DNA from: Candidatus Moraniibacteriota bacterium | Lineage (GTDB): Bacteria > Patescibacteriota > Minisyncoccia > Moranbacterales > UBA1568 | Length of the DNA stretch: 58,230 bases | NCBI GenBank assembly: GCA_018062205.1 | Contig: JAGOSP010000005.1 | Location: 1-58,230 of the forward strand | Direction of reading: 5' to 3' | Part shown: piece by piece, positions 27,115 through 36,990 of the stretch | Position numbering within the stretch: position 1 is the first letter of the stretch | Layout: the number at the start of each line of letters is the position of its first letter | Position numbers and translations under genes: made by a program | Notes under the pieces: generated by a model | The model's database searches: none | What the model was told of the DNA's origin: nothing | The model's input: only the letters and a program-made list of their open reading frames with translations

Positions 27115-28239
27115 TCAAACCATCAAATCAATCAGTCCGTCAGTAATCCGCTCAGCAGCATCTGCATGATAAAATACATGAAGTTTTTCTCCCATTTCAG
27201 CTCGCAAGCCGTCATTATTCATTACATTTTCAAGATTTTCTAAGAAAAGATGTTCTCCAAGATTAGCCTCTTCTAGTACAAGTGCTCCACCAATTTCAGC
27301 AATATCGTATGCATTCTTTCTTTGTTCATTATTTGCAGCAGTGGAAAGTGGCACGAGTATTAAGGCCTTGCGGTGCGCAGCAACTTCAGCAATCGAACCA
27401 GCACCCGCTCTTGAAATAACAATATCAGCTGCGGCAAGAGCGTCGCCCATCTCCTCCGCAGAAAGAAAAGCAACTGGGTGATAGCTCCCGTTTTCAGTTG
27501 GAATTCCCAATTCAGTCGCGATAGAAAGAACACCCTCAAAATGGCTCCTCCCTGTTTGATGGATTACTTGCACTCCTTTCATTAATAAGGCTGGCAAAAT
27601 CTGAAGGAAGGCATTATTCAATCCATGCGCGCCCTGGCTTCCACCAAAAAGCACTACGGTCTTTTTTTGTAAATCAAGATGAAAAGACTCTTTCGCCCGC
27701 TCCTTTGAACCAGCCAGAATCTCTTCTCGTACAGGATTTCCAGTGAGAGCTGTTTTTCCAACAGGGAAATATTGTGCCGCACTCGGATATGCGATGGCGA
27801 TTTTCTGCACCCACTTTCCAAGCAAAACATTCGCACGGCCAGCTACTGAATCAGAATCATGAATGAGAACTGGGATACGATAAAAACGAGCTGCCAACAC
27901 GACAGGAACCGATGCCGCTCCTCCTTTCGAAAAAATCACATCTGGCATAAAAAAAAGAAGATGCCACAGTGCCTGGACAACACCTAAAGGAAGTTTAAAA
28001 AAATCAAGGTAATTGAGAAGAGAAAAATACCGTCGCATTTTTCCGTAGAGTATGCTCTTCATCGGAATATTTTCCGCCTTCATGGCAGTCTCCTCAAATA
28101 CGCCTCCTCCGCCAAGAAACAACAACTCAATTCCTTGAGGATATCGTTTCCGTAAAACGCGTGCTACGGCAACCAGCGGATAGGTATGTCCCCCAGAAAT
28201 ACCTCCAGAAAGTACCACTCGTGGAATTTGATTCGCCAT
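27115..28239 (-). CDS. murG: Lipid II-forming N-acetylglucosaminyltransferase MurG
   Basis: GGISGGHTYPLVAVA N-terminal G-loop and ISRAGAGSIAE motif. Located in a dcw-type context. Confidence 0.92.
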   Translation of the reverse strand: MANQIPRVVLSGGISGGHTYPLVAVARVLRKRYPQGIELLFLGGGGVFEETAMKAENIPMKSILYGKMRRYFSLLNYLDFFKLPLGVVQALWHLLFFMPDVIFSKGGAASVPVVLAARFYRIPVLIHDSDSVAGRANVLLGKWVQKIAIAYPSAAQYFPVGKTALTGNPVREEILAGSKERAKESFHLDLQKKTVVLFGGSQGAHGLNNAFLQILPALLMKGVQVIHQTGRSHFEGVLSIATELGIPTENGSYHPVAFLSAEEMGDALAAADIVISRAGAGSIAEVAAHRKALILVPLSTAANNEQRKNAYDIAEIGGALVLEEANLGEHLFLENLENVMNNDGLRAEMGEKLHVFYHADAAERITDGLIDLMV

Positions 28240-28268
28240 AATATCGTACAGAATCCGAATTGTCTCTA

Positions 28269-29396
28269 TTATTCCTCTAGTCTAGCTTGTTTAGATATGT
28301 TCAACAAGATACCAATAGCCGTCAGCAAAACAACAAGCGATGTTCCGCCATAGCTGATGAATGGAAGAGGAATGCCAGTCAAAGGGATGATTCCAGAAAT
28401 AGCCATAATATTAATCATTGCTTGAATAAAAATCCATGAAACAATACCCACCGCGACAAGTCTTCCAAACATATCAGGGGCTCTTTGGGCGATACGAAGT
28501 CCTCTCCAGGCGACAAAAAGAAAGAGAGAGACCACAACAAAGACTCCGATAAATCCGATCTCCTCTCCAAGAACAGCAAAAATGGAGTCTGTTACCGGTT
28601 CAGGCAGATAATTAAATTTTTGACGACCCTGTCCAAGACCGACACCGAGCCACCCTCCTGATCCAAGTGCCATTAGCGCCTGTCTTAACTGATATCCCGA
28701 TCCAAGCGGGTCATGATCGGAATTTAAAAAAACAAGAAAACGCTCCATGCGATATGGGGCTAAGCGAATCAAAAGTGCCAAAGTCCCAATTCCCCCAAAA
28801 ATTGTGATGGCAACATGAGAAAGACGGGCTCCTGAGACAAAGAAAATGGTAAGAGCGGTAAAAAAAATAAGGCCGAAAGTCCCCGTATCTGGCTGTTTGA
28901 TAATGAGAAACCCAACCAATGACAAAATAGCGAGAAACGGTACATATCCTTCGAAAAAATCTGTATTATTTCTTTCTTGTTGTCTTCCTGAAAGCCAAGC
29001 GGCGAGATAGAGTATGATAGCAAGCTTCATCACCTCTGATGGCTGAATCGAAAAAGGTCCGAGCTCAATCCAGCGAGCCGCACCGTATACCGTTGTGCCA
29101 ATACCTGGGATAAAAACCATCACTAACAAAGCAACAGCAAGAAAAAAAAGTGGGATGACAAATCTCTGAAAAACATGGTAATCAATACGAGAAACGATAA
29201 ACAATGAAGCAACTCCAATCACAAAACCGAGGCTCTGCTGTTTCAGAAAGAAGTATTCATCTCCAAAACGGACTTTTCCATAAGCAACACCCGCACTCGC
29301 AACCATTAACAACCCAATACCAAGTAAGGCAAAAATAGCCCAAAGAAGCGGCCGGTCAAGAGTCCCAACTGAACGTGAGTGAATTTCAGTCCTCAT
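28269..29396 (-). CDS. ftsW: SEDS-family peptidoglycan polymerase (FtsW/RodA)
   Basis: About 10 TM segments. PSEVMKL and LPEPVTDSIFAVLGEEIGFIG motifs. Adjacent to murG. Confidence 0.9.
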   Translation of the reverse strand: MRTEIHSRSVGTLDRPLLWAIFALLGIGLLMVASAGVAYGKVRFGDEYFFLKQQSLGFVIGVASLFIVSRIDYHVFQRFVIPLFFLAVALLVMVFIPGIGTTVYGAARWIELGPFSIQPSEVMKLAIILYLAAWLSGRQQERNNTDFFEGYVPFLAILSLVGFLIIKQPDTGTFGLIFFTALTIFFVSGARLSHVAITIFGGIGTLALLIRLAPYRMERFLVFLNSDHDPLGSGYQLRQALMALGSGGWLGVGLGQGRQKFNYLPEPVTDSIFAVLGEEIGFIGVFVVVSLFLFVAWRGLRIAQRAPDMFGRLVAVGIVSWIFIQAMINIMAISGIIPLTGIPLPFISYGGTSLVVLLTAIGILLNISKQARLEE

Positions 29397-29404
29397 GTTT
29401 CATT

Positions 29405-30121
29405 TTATGTTGTCTTAGAATCCAACTCCTTCTTTCGCTTGTTGCTTACAAGAAGTGACTGTTCTTTCCTCCATGCATCAATGACTCCGTGATGACCAGA
29501 AAGCAATACCGAGGGGACACACCAGTCACCGAAACATTCCGGCTTTGTATACTGAGGATATTCCAGAACACCTGATTCGCTATGCGACTCTGTCTGGGCA
29601 CTTTCTTCGTTCCCGAGCACTCCAGGAAGAAGACGCGCCACAGCGTCTGTCACAATCATTGCGGGAAGCTCACCTCCCGTGAGTACAAAATTCCCAATAG
29701 AGATTTCCTCATCTACCAGATATTCTGCAACTCGTTCGTCAACACCCTCATAACGACCACACAAGAAAATCAATCGATCATACTGTGTTGCGAAACGTTG
29801 CGCATCTGACTGCATAAAGAGTCGTCCTTTTGCCGAAAAAAGAATCGTGCGCGTTCGCTCGGCTACATACTTTTTCTCTTCTTTTTGATGAAGCTCTGCC
29901 AGACACTCTGCGAATGGCTCTACCTTCATCACCATACCTGCTCCTCCGCCGTATGGTGTATCATCAACTGTTTTGTGCCGATCGTGAGTAAAATCACGTG
30001 GATTATGCATGACAATTTCTATCTGTCCAGTCTCCCGCGCTCGTTTCATAATAGAAACCTCAAAATAAGCCTGGAAACTTTCGGGAAACAGAGAAAGTAT
30101 TTCAAAACGCATCTGTCTCAT
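29405..30121 (-). CDS. trmD: tRNA (guanine37-N1)-methyltransferase
   Basis: DDTPYGGGAGMVMK, LCGRYEGVDERV, and SIGNFVLTGGELPA motifs. Confidence 0.93.
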   Translation of the reverse strand: MRQMRFEILSLFPESFQAYFEVSIMKRARETGQIEIVMHNPRDFTHDRHKTVDDTPYGGGAGMVMKVEPFAECLAELHQKEEKKYVAERTRTILFSAKGRLFMQSDAQRFATQYDRLIFLCGRYEGVDERVAEYLVDEEISIGNFVLTGGELPAMIVTDAVARLLPGVLGNEESAQTESHSESGVLEYPQYTKPECFGDWCVPSVLLSGHHGVIDAWRKEQSLLVSNKRKKELDSKTT

Positions 30122-30136
30122 AAGATTGAAATCTAT

Positions 30137-30742
30137 TTATACTTTGAATATGGTTTCTTTTGCTTCATTCAGAGCTACTTGCAACTCATCAACCAACGGA
30201 TGTTTAAGCTGACGAGAAAGAATACCAAATACTGATTGGTAAAACCACCATGTTTCTTCTTTTCCTGCCGGGAAAGTTTTCCAAAGAGCATCGCCCTCTT
30301 CAAGATATCCATCTACCAAAGAACGGAGATTGTGAATTTTATCCGCCGCTGCGATCATTAGTCCTTCTTGCGAATCATCTTCTAATCTCTTAAGATATCC
30401 TTCTTTTCGCTCCTTCCACTGTTTTCTTCGAGAATTTCCATAAGGGAAAAATTGGATTTGATCTTCAGTCTCATAATCTTCAGTCACCTCTTTAACAATA
30501 CGGTACACCCGCTCGCCGAATTCTTGCTGCATACGATCTGCTCCATAACTTGGAACATCCTCAAGAATATCATGGAGTAATCCAGCGCAAATAACGTCTT
30601 CATCTTCAGAGTAATGCGCCAGAAGAAATGCAACAGCGAAAGGATGCACCACATACGGGGCACCGCCCGATTTCCGTTTCTGGTGTCGATGCAACTCTGC
30701 CGATCGGACAATCGCTTTTTCAATTTTTGAAGTCAAGAGCAT
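30137..30742 (-). CDS. Stand-alone RelA/SpoT-type HD hydrolase domain protein (small alarmone hydrolase-like)
   Basis: AELHRHQKRKSGGAPYVVHPFAVA...AGLLHDILEDVP...FGERVYRIVKEVTE. The ORF extends to 30793, but Met18 (30742) is the more plausible start. Confidence 0.8.
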   Translation of the reverse strand: MLLTSKIEKAIVRSAELHRHQKRKSGGAPYVVHPFAVAFLLAHYSEDEDVICAGLLHDILEDVPSYGADRMQQEFGERVYRIVKEVTEDYETEDQIQFFPYGNSRRKQWKERKEGYLKRLEDDSQEGLMIAAADKIHNLRSLVDGYLEEGDALWKTFPAGKEETWWFYQSVFGILSRQLKHPLVDELQVALNEAKETIFKV

Positions 30743-30837
30743 AGAAATAAAATCTGATATATCAAAGAAGGGGTCTCTTGCCAGCAATATCACCCCAGCC
30801 TACAATACAGTATAGCTCATCCGCTAAAGAAATAGCT

Positions 30838-32112
30838 ATGCAACAAACAGTCGCCGTTATTGGTCTTGGATACGTTGGTCTTCCTCTCGCAGTTCGTGCT
30901 GTTGAGCAAGGATACACAGTTATTGGCTTTGATACACATCAAGAAAAAATAGCCCAAATTAATAAACAAGAATGTCCAATCGAAGATTCTGCCCTAGATA
31001 TTCTTTTAAAAAAATTTCCGTTTGAGGCTACGAATCAACCAGAACGTCTGAGCGAAGCGGATATTGTTCTTCTTTGTGTTCCAACTCCAGTTGATGAGAT
31101 GTATCACCCTGATCTCAACCCCGTCATCTCTGCCGCCACACTTTCTGCGACTCATTTGAAACCAGGAGCGCTTATTGTACTCGAGTCTACCGTAAACCCT
31201 GGTGTTTCAGAAGAAGTCATTCTGCCTATTTTCGAAAAACATGGACACCAGATCGGAACAGATTTTTTTCTTGCGCACTGTCCAGAACGTATCAATCCTG
31301 GTGATGAGAAATGGAACGTTACCAATATTCCACGTGTGGTTGGGTCTATTGATTCCCGAGGACTTGACAAAGCTGTTAATTTCTACCGCTCTATTGTTGA
31401 TGGCGAAATCCGCCCAATGAAATCCATACGCGAAGCAGAAGCAGTAAAAATCGTTGAAAATTCTTTTCGAGACATTAATATTGCGTTCGTCAACGAACTC
31501 GCCCGATCATTTGATGTTCTTGGTATCGATGTCAAAGATGTCATTCAGGGCGCCGCAACCAAACCATTCTCTTTTCTGCCGCACTATCCATCCTGCGGTG
31601 TCGGCGGCCATTGCATACCCGTTGACCCATACTATCTTATTGAGAGAGCAAAAAAATCCGGCTTTGATCATCGTTTTCTAAAAATTGCCCGAGAAATAAA
31701 CAATGCTATGCCAGCATATTCAGTTGAACTTCTCCAGGACCTTCTGAATGAAATTCAACTCCCTCTTAACGGCACCACTATTGGTGTCCTTGGTCTTGCG
31801 TACAAAGCAAACATTGATGACCTCCGCGAATCCCCTGCCCTCCGTATCATTGAGAGCCTCAAGAAACACAAGGCGGAAGTTATCACTTATGATCCACATC
31901 TTCCAACACTCTCAACAGAATCATCACTGGAAACATTCCTCGAAAAATCAACCGCTCTTATTTTAGCGACCAACCACCGTGAATTTACAGAAAATCTCAC
32001 CCCAGAGCTTCTCAAAAAACATCAAATAAAAGTTATTATAGATGGGAAAAACTGTCTTGATAAAATGGCTTTCCTTGAAGCAGAAATCCTCTACAAGGGC
32101 ATTGGCCGATAA
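30838..32112 (+). CDS. Nucleotide-sugar dehydrogenase (UDP-glucose/GDP-mannose dehydrogenase family)
   Basis: VAVIGLGYVGLPLA Rossmann motif and catalytic GVGGHCIPVDPYY. Confidence 0.9.
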   Translation: MQQTVAVIGLGYVGLPLAVRAVEQGYTVIGFDTHQEKIAQINKQECPIEDSALDILLKKFPFEATNQPERLSEADIVLLCVPTPVDEMYHPDLNPVISAATLSATHLKPGALIVLESTVNPGVSEEVILPIFEKHGHQIGTDFFLAHCPERINPGDEKWNVTNIPRVVGSIDSRGLDKAVNFYRSIVDGEIRPMKSIREAEAVKIVENSFRDINIAFVNELARSFDVLGIDVKDVIQGAATKPFSFLPHYPSCGVGGHCIPVDPYYLIERAKKSGFDHRFLKIAREINNAMPAYSVELLQDLLNEIQLPLNGTTIGVLGLAYKANIDDLRESPALRIIESLKKHKAEVITYDPHLPTLSTESSLETFLEKSTALILATNHREFTENLTPELLKKHQIKVIIDGKNCLDKMAFLEAEILYKGIGR

Positions 32113-32194
32113 TGATTCTTCACGAGAAGGCGCTACCTGTTTTCATGAGGAATAATCGTTCATTGTTTCTCAGTATTATCGTCAACTTTCTTTT

Positions 32195-32515
32195 ATGTTT
32201 TCACTTCTCAAGCATCTCCTCTGGCTTCTTCATATCGGGGCAATAGCATACTTTGTGATGACCTATTTCGGGTATGATATTAATTGGCACTATTTCGATA
32301 CGCAAAAAAAAGCCTGCGAGGAACGTCTCGCGGAATGTCGTCACGATCTCATCAAAACCGGTATCGATGGCATAAAAGAAACATGTGACTGGAAATGTGC
32401 TAATATAAGCCCGAAACTTCTTATACAAAAAAAAGGAACTCAAAATGAAGAAATTTCACCCGAAACACTCCCAACCAAAGAAGCGCTAAATAATGATACA
32501 ATAGAAGCACCGTGA
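32195..32515 (+). CDS. Hypothetical membrane-anchored protein (106 aa)
   Basis: N-terminal hydrophobic segment. Co-directional within the glycan cluster. Confidence 0.5.
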   Translation: MFSLLKHLLWLLHIGAIAYFVMTYFGYDINWHYFDTQKKACEERLAECRHDLIKTGIDGIKETCDWKCANISPKLLIQKKGTQNEEISPETLPTKEALNNDTIEAP

Positions 32516-32530
32516 TTCTAATATTACCCT

Positions 32531-33478
32531 ATGCGCCTCATCATCAACATTCCCGCCTACAATGAAGAAGAGAAAATCAGAGAAACCATCAAGCGTATCC
32601 CACGTCAGTTTGAGGGCATAGACGAAGTATTCCTACAAGTAGTCGACGATGGTTCTTCTGATAACACTGCCAAAGCTGCGAAAGAAGCGGGTGCTGATTT
32701 TGTTTTGCTCCATGGCATCAACCGGCGTCTTGGCGTCATGTTCGCCACCGCGAGCGAAAATGCCCTCAAAGAAGGGGCGGATATCATGGTGAATATTGAT
32801 GCGGATGGTCAATTTGATCCTCATGAAATAAGTAAGCTTCTTCATCCTATTCTCACGAACCAAGCCGATATGGTTGTCGGTGATCGTTTTTCGCAATCCA
32901 CCGCAAAAAATATCCCCTGGATTAAAGATTTCTTTAACCGTCTCGGGGCTTCACTGGTCGGTTCTTTTCTAAATATAAAAACGAATGACCTTACCTGCGG
33001 CTTCCGTGCACACAATCGCGAGACACTCCTTCGCCTCAACAATCCCTCTGGCTTCACTTACACCCAAGAAACCATCATTGATGCCATTGGTAAAAATCTC
33101 CGCGTCATGTGGATTCCAGTACAAGTGACGTATTTTGCCAATCGAAAATCGAAAATCGTCAAAAGTGTGTATAGCTTTGTCAATAACAGCGCGCGTATTA
33201 TTTTGAAAGCAGTTCGCGATGTCCGACCTCTCAAATTCTTTGGTATTCCAGGACTGATTCTTATCGCAATTTCTCTTGGTCTTTTTTGTATATTTCTCGC
33301 TCATTATTTTCAAGATTTTAAAATCACTCCTTATCGAAATTACCTTCTCTCGTCGCTCGCCACCTTCGTCATTGGACTTCAGTTTTTTGTCTTTGCGCTG
33401 ATCGCCGACATGATCAAAACAAATCGCCGACTTACAGAAGATATGATTTATCTCTTCAAAAAAGAAAAGTACAAATGA
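32531..33478 (+). CDS. Family 2 glycosyltransferase (polyprenol-phosphate sugar transferase-like) with C-terminal TM helices
   Basis: INIPAYNEEEKI, VVDDGSSDNT, and NIDADGQFDP (DxD) motifs. Two C-terminal TM helices. Confidence 0.85.
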   Translation: MRLIINIPAYNEEEKIRETIKRIPRQFEGIDEVFLQVVDDGSSDNTAKAAKEAGADFVLLHGINRRLGVMFATASENALKEGADIMVNIDADGQFDPHEISKLLHPILTNQADMVVGDRFSQSTAKNIPWIKDFFNRLGASLVGSFLNIKTNDLTCGFRAHNRETLLRLNNPSGFTYTQETIIDAIGKNLRVMWIPVQVTYFANRKSKIVKSVYSFVNNSARIILKAVRDVRPLKFFGIPGLILIAISLGLFCIFLAHYFQDFKITPYRNYLLSSLATFVIGLQFFVFALIADMIKTNRRLTEDMIYLFKKEKYK

Positions 33479-33512
33479 TAAGTATCAAACTGAGTAGTAA
33501 GCTGTGGATTTT

Positions 33513-34586
33513 ATGAGAATACTCTTCATATCAAGAGCCTTCCCGCCGATCACTGGTGGTATTGAAAATCAAAATGCCGCTCTAGCCGAATGGCTTCCAA
33601 AATTTGCTGAGACAAAATTCATCATCAACCGTTCTGGGAAATTTGCTCTTCCTTGGTTTTTGCCTTTTGCTCTCTTCAAAGCGTGCATTTTAATGTTCCG
33701 TTCGGATGTCCTTGTTTTAGGCGATGGCGTTCTTGCTATCATAGGTGCAATTTTAAAAGTTCTCTTCCCCAAAAAAACGGTCGTTACCATACTCCATGGT
33801 CTTGATATTACTTATCCTCTCCCATTCTACCAAGGATTCTGGATTCATGGCTTTCTCCGTGTACTTGATGGGTATCTCTGCGTAAGTACTCACACAAAAA
33901 CCCAAGCCATAAGACACGGCGTGAACCCACACAAATGTTTTGTTATTCCAAATGGTGTAGAAACCGAACGCTTCGTCAGCAAATGCAATCGTGGCAGACT
34001 TGAGACAATACTCGGACGTTCATTGGAAGGAAAAATCGTCCTTCTTACTCTCGGTCGTCTCGCCAAAAGGAAAGGTGTTGCTTGGTTTATACAGCATGTT
34101 CTTCCTCGCCTAAATGGCAACATCCTCTATGTCGTTGCTGGATCGGGCCCAGAAGAACTTGCTATACGAGAACTAGCTTCTCAAATCAATCTTGAGACAC
34201 GCGTAATACTTCTTGGTCGTACTTCACAAGATGATGTTCTGACTCTCCTCAACTCGTCTGATATTTTTGTACAGCCAAATATCCGCATTTCCGGAGATAT
34301 GGAAGGATTCGGCATCGCAGTCATTGAAGCAGGTTCTGCCGGCCTACCCGTCGTCGCATCAGATCTTGAAGGTTTACGTGACGCTATTAAACACGGAGAG
34401 AATGGCCTCCTCGTTAAACCAGAACGAGCAGACGGCTTCGTGCGCACTATCAATGAACTCGCTGAAAATAACGATGAACGTCGTGAGTTTGGAGAAAAAG
34501 CCGCCCGTTTTGTTGAAAATACTTTTCATTGGAATATGGTCACAAAAAAATACATTGAAACGCTGAAAAAAATAGCCAAACGATAA
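33513..34586 (+). CDS. Family 1/4 glycosyltransferase (GT-B fold)
   Basis: MRILFISRAFPPITGGIENQ N-terminus and EGFGIAVIEAGSAGLPVVASD (EX7E-type motif). Confidence 0.85.
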   Translation: MRILFISRAFPPITGGIENQNAALAEWLPKFAETKFIINRSGKFALPWFLPFALFKACILMFRSDVLVLGDGVLAIIGAILKVLFPKKTVVTILHGLDITYPLPFYQGFWIHGFLRVLDGYLCVSTHTKTQAIRHGVNPHKCFVIPNGVETERFVSKCNRGRLETILGRSLEGKIVLLTLGRLAKRKGVAWFIQHVLPRLNGNILYVVAGSGPEELAIRELASQINLETRVILLGRTSQDDVLTLLNSSDIFVQPNIRISGDMEGFGIAVIEAGSAGLPVVASDLEGLRDAIKHGENGLLVKPERADGFVRTINELAENNDERREFGEKAARFVENTFHWNMVTKKYIETLKKIAKR

Positions 34587-34610
34587 TTCTCTCTCCAAAA
34601 AATACCCACC

Positions 34611-36527
34611 ATGACGCCACTCATTCAAACACTTCTTTTCTTTTGCGCTCTCTCACTTTTTATCGGAGTTGGGTTTATTCTTCTCCGGTTTTTTTTCGCC
34701 TCTCACCGGTCTTCTTTTTTTATTGAAACACTCCTCTTTTCTTTTGCGCTTGGTATCGCGTTCATAGACTTCTCTTTGCTCCTCCTTGGTACACTAGGAA
34801 CTCCACTCAACAGTCGTCTCATTACTCTATGTCTTGGGAGCGTCCTTGTTATCGGTGGCCTAATGTGGTATCGGCAATCTCATCGATCACATATACTCGA
34901 TGAAGCTCACTCACAACCGCTCCTTCGATCAAAACCAGAGCGCCTTCTTTTCTTTGTCCTCTTTATTTTCACGATTTTCCTTAAAACGCTCTACCTTTCA
35001 AACGCTATTGTCCCCACCTCGACTGATCTCGGACACCACCTCTACTGGGCCAAAGCTATCACCGAAAGTCATCGTCTCCCTGTCTATCAAGAGCAAGCGG
35101 TAATTGATCAGCCAGAAAATATTCATATCGCTGATCCAGAACCAATTGCCGACTTCATTATTGGAGAACACCTCCCATTTGCTGCCATTGCTTTCCTTAC
35201 GGGTTCAAGTTTTTTCTCAGCTTTTCCTGTCATATTTCTTCTTTTTATTAACATCCTCAGCCTCCTTGCGCTGGTCATTTTTGCCTACCGAGTCGTCGAT
35301 TTATCACCACTACGGCAACTCATTCGTCCACAACTTGTTGCTCTTTCTGTACTTTTTTTATGTGGACCACTCTATACGCTTGCCTCACCTCAAGCGAAAT
35401 TTGTTTCCGGAGGCGTCATTGGTAATATCATCGGAAATCTGTTTATTCCTCTTATTCTTCTTCTGTTCCTCCGTGCATTTCAAGAAAAAGATTCTCGTTT
35501 ACTCGGACTCGGTTTTCTCTGTACCTTTACTCTTGCCTATACCCACCATCTTTCAACACTTATACTCCTCTTTATTCTTGCCGGCAGTATTCTTCTTTTA
35601 ATTGTCAGTTTTATTGGCCATCTCCGAGCTCTTACCTCCCGCATCGTAACCATTCTCTTTCAACCAACCCCGATTATACTCATTCTCCTTTCAAGTATTT
35701 TTTTCTTTTTCGTTGCCATGCCTACGTATATCGAAATACATGCTGTCAGCACGGCAATCGGAACTCCAACCAAGCTGACTCGTATCGGTCTTACTCTCAA
35801 CCAAATAACCGAGACATCAGGGGATGTTCGTTTTACACTAAGTATTGTCGGTCTTATTCTTATTTTTGCCGTCTTCCGCTGCTCCCTTCCAGTTACTCTC
35901 ACGCTTGCCTGGATACTTGCTCTCTTTCTGATGACATTCCGTCCCGATTGGCTCTTTCTTGATATTCCTTCAAAGCGTGTCGGTACCTATTTGTCCTTCC
36001 CTGTTGGAATTGTCGGTGCCATTGGATTAGCTTGGCTCATCGGTATATTCCGGAGCAACCGAACCTCTCTTCTCTCCCTCCTCCTTTTAGCTGTTATTTT
36101 CGTCTACTCACTTTCTTCTGGCTTTACTGATAATGGACAAACCCTCTTAGCTACTCCAAAATCCGAAGCCGCCCTCGAGACTTTTGCGGCCGCTCAATTT
36201 CTCGCCGAAAAAATTACCCGGGATGACGTCGTTCTTAAGGATCACAATTATATTGTCGCTGACTCCTGGATGAAGCATTTTTTCATGCGTGACTATTTCT
36301 TCCCTCTTTCTCGTGGATACTTCAGTCGTTATGAAAATAATGGTCACGAACAGTGTACTTTGGATATGATTGCTATTCCAAATACACCTCGAGCACAAGA
36401 CTGTTTCCAAGGAACAGGCGTAAACTACGTTCTCGTCAATCCGCAATTTGATGCGCCACAATTTGAAAAATCACCTGATTTCTCTCGAGTCTATTCCTCC
36501 AATAAAATCCATATCTATGCACGTTAA
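34611..36527 (+). CDS. Large polytopic membrane protein (638 aa), probably a GT-C-like glycosyltransferase or glycan polymerase
   Basis: More than 12 predicted TM segments followed by a soluble C-terminal domain. Lies directly after two glycosyltransferase genes. Function is inferred from context only. Confidence 0.6.
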   Translation: MTPLIQTLLFFCALSLFIGVGFILLRFFFASHRSSFFIETLLFSFALGIAFIDFSLLLLGTLGTPLNSRLITLCLGSVLVIGGLMWYRQSHRSHILDEAHSQPLLRSKPERLLFFVLFIFTIFLKTLYLSNAIVPTSTDLGHHLYWAKAITESHRLPVYQEQAVIDQPENIHIADPEPIADFIIGEHLPFAAIAFLTGSSFFSAFPVIFLLFINILSLLALVIFAYRVVDLSPLRQLIRPQLVALSVLFLCGPLYTLASPQAKFVSGGVIGNIIGNLFIPLILLLFLRAFQEKDSRLLGLGFLCTFTLAYTHHLSTLILLFILAGSILLLIVSFIGHLRALTSRIVTILFQPTPIILILLSSIFFFFVAMPTYIEIHAVSTAIGTPTKLTRIGLTLNQITETSGDVRFTLSIVGLILIFAVFRCSLPVTLTLAWILALFLMTFRPDWLFLDIPSKRVGTYLSFPVGIVGAIGLAWLIGIFRSNRTSLLSLLLLAVIFVYSLSSGFTDNGQTLLATPKSEAALETFAAAQFLAEKITRDDVVLKDHNYIVADSWMKHFFMRDYFFPLSRGYFSRYENNGHEQCTLDMIAIPNTPRAQDCFQGTGVNYVLVNPQFDAPQFEKSPDFSRVYSSNKIHIYAR

Positions 36528-36918
36528 TTCTTTCCTCAAACGGCATCTGTCTTCCTTCTTGATAGCTGGTATCATTTTCTTTTCCGTCGCTTTTCTGTTT
36601 ATGAAAAACGATCGAGAGCTCGACCCGGATTATCAGAAAAACTGGTGGACGCTTGCTTTCTCTACTCTTCCTACCTCGGAAAACTCCAGCTTTATCATCA
36701 CCAATCACACGCAAACAGACCGCTTTACTTACACTCTCAAAAATGGTTCTGTCATCCTCGAAACCCAAGAAGTTCGAGTACCCAAAGGGGCGAGTCGTAT
36801 CATTCAGCCGGAATATATCACCGAGGAATTAGACGTCATTTACCCTCAAGACAGACGAGAAATCAGCGCGTGGCCAACGGATTCTCCAGAGAATATTTTT
36901 TCCATTTATCAAAAATAG
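36517..36918 (+). CDS. Small membrane-anchored protein (about 133 aa)
   Basis: The ATG at 36517 overlaps the end of the previous gene. Has an N-terminal TM segment (FLIAGIIFFSVAFLF). Confidence 0.5.
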   Translation: MHVNSFLKRHLSSFLIAGIIFFSVAFLFMKNDRELDPDYQKNWWTLAFSTLPTSENSSFIITNHTQTDRFTYTLKNGSVILETQEVRVPKGASRIIQPEYITEELDVIYPQDRREISAWPTDSPENIFSIYQK

Positions 36919-36932
36919 CTCTGTTTTTTAAA

Positions 36933-36966
36933 CAAAAAAAATCCCCGGAAACGCGTGGCTCCGGGG
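36933..36966 (-). terminator. Intrinsic terminator after the 36991-37671 gene
   Basis: The minus strand shows a CCCCGGA-gccacgcgtt-TCCGGGG hairpin followed by ATTTTTTTT. Confidence 0.6.
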
Positions 36967-36990
36967 GGTAACACCAGTCAAAAGAAAACT

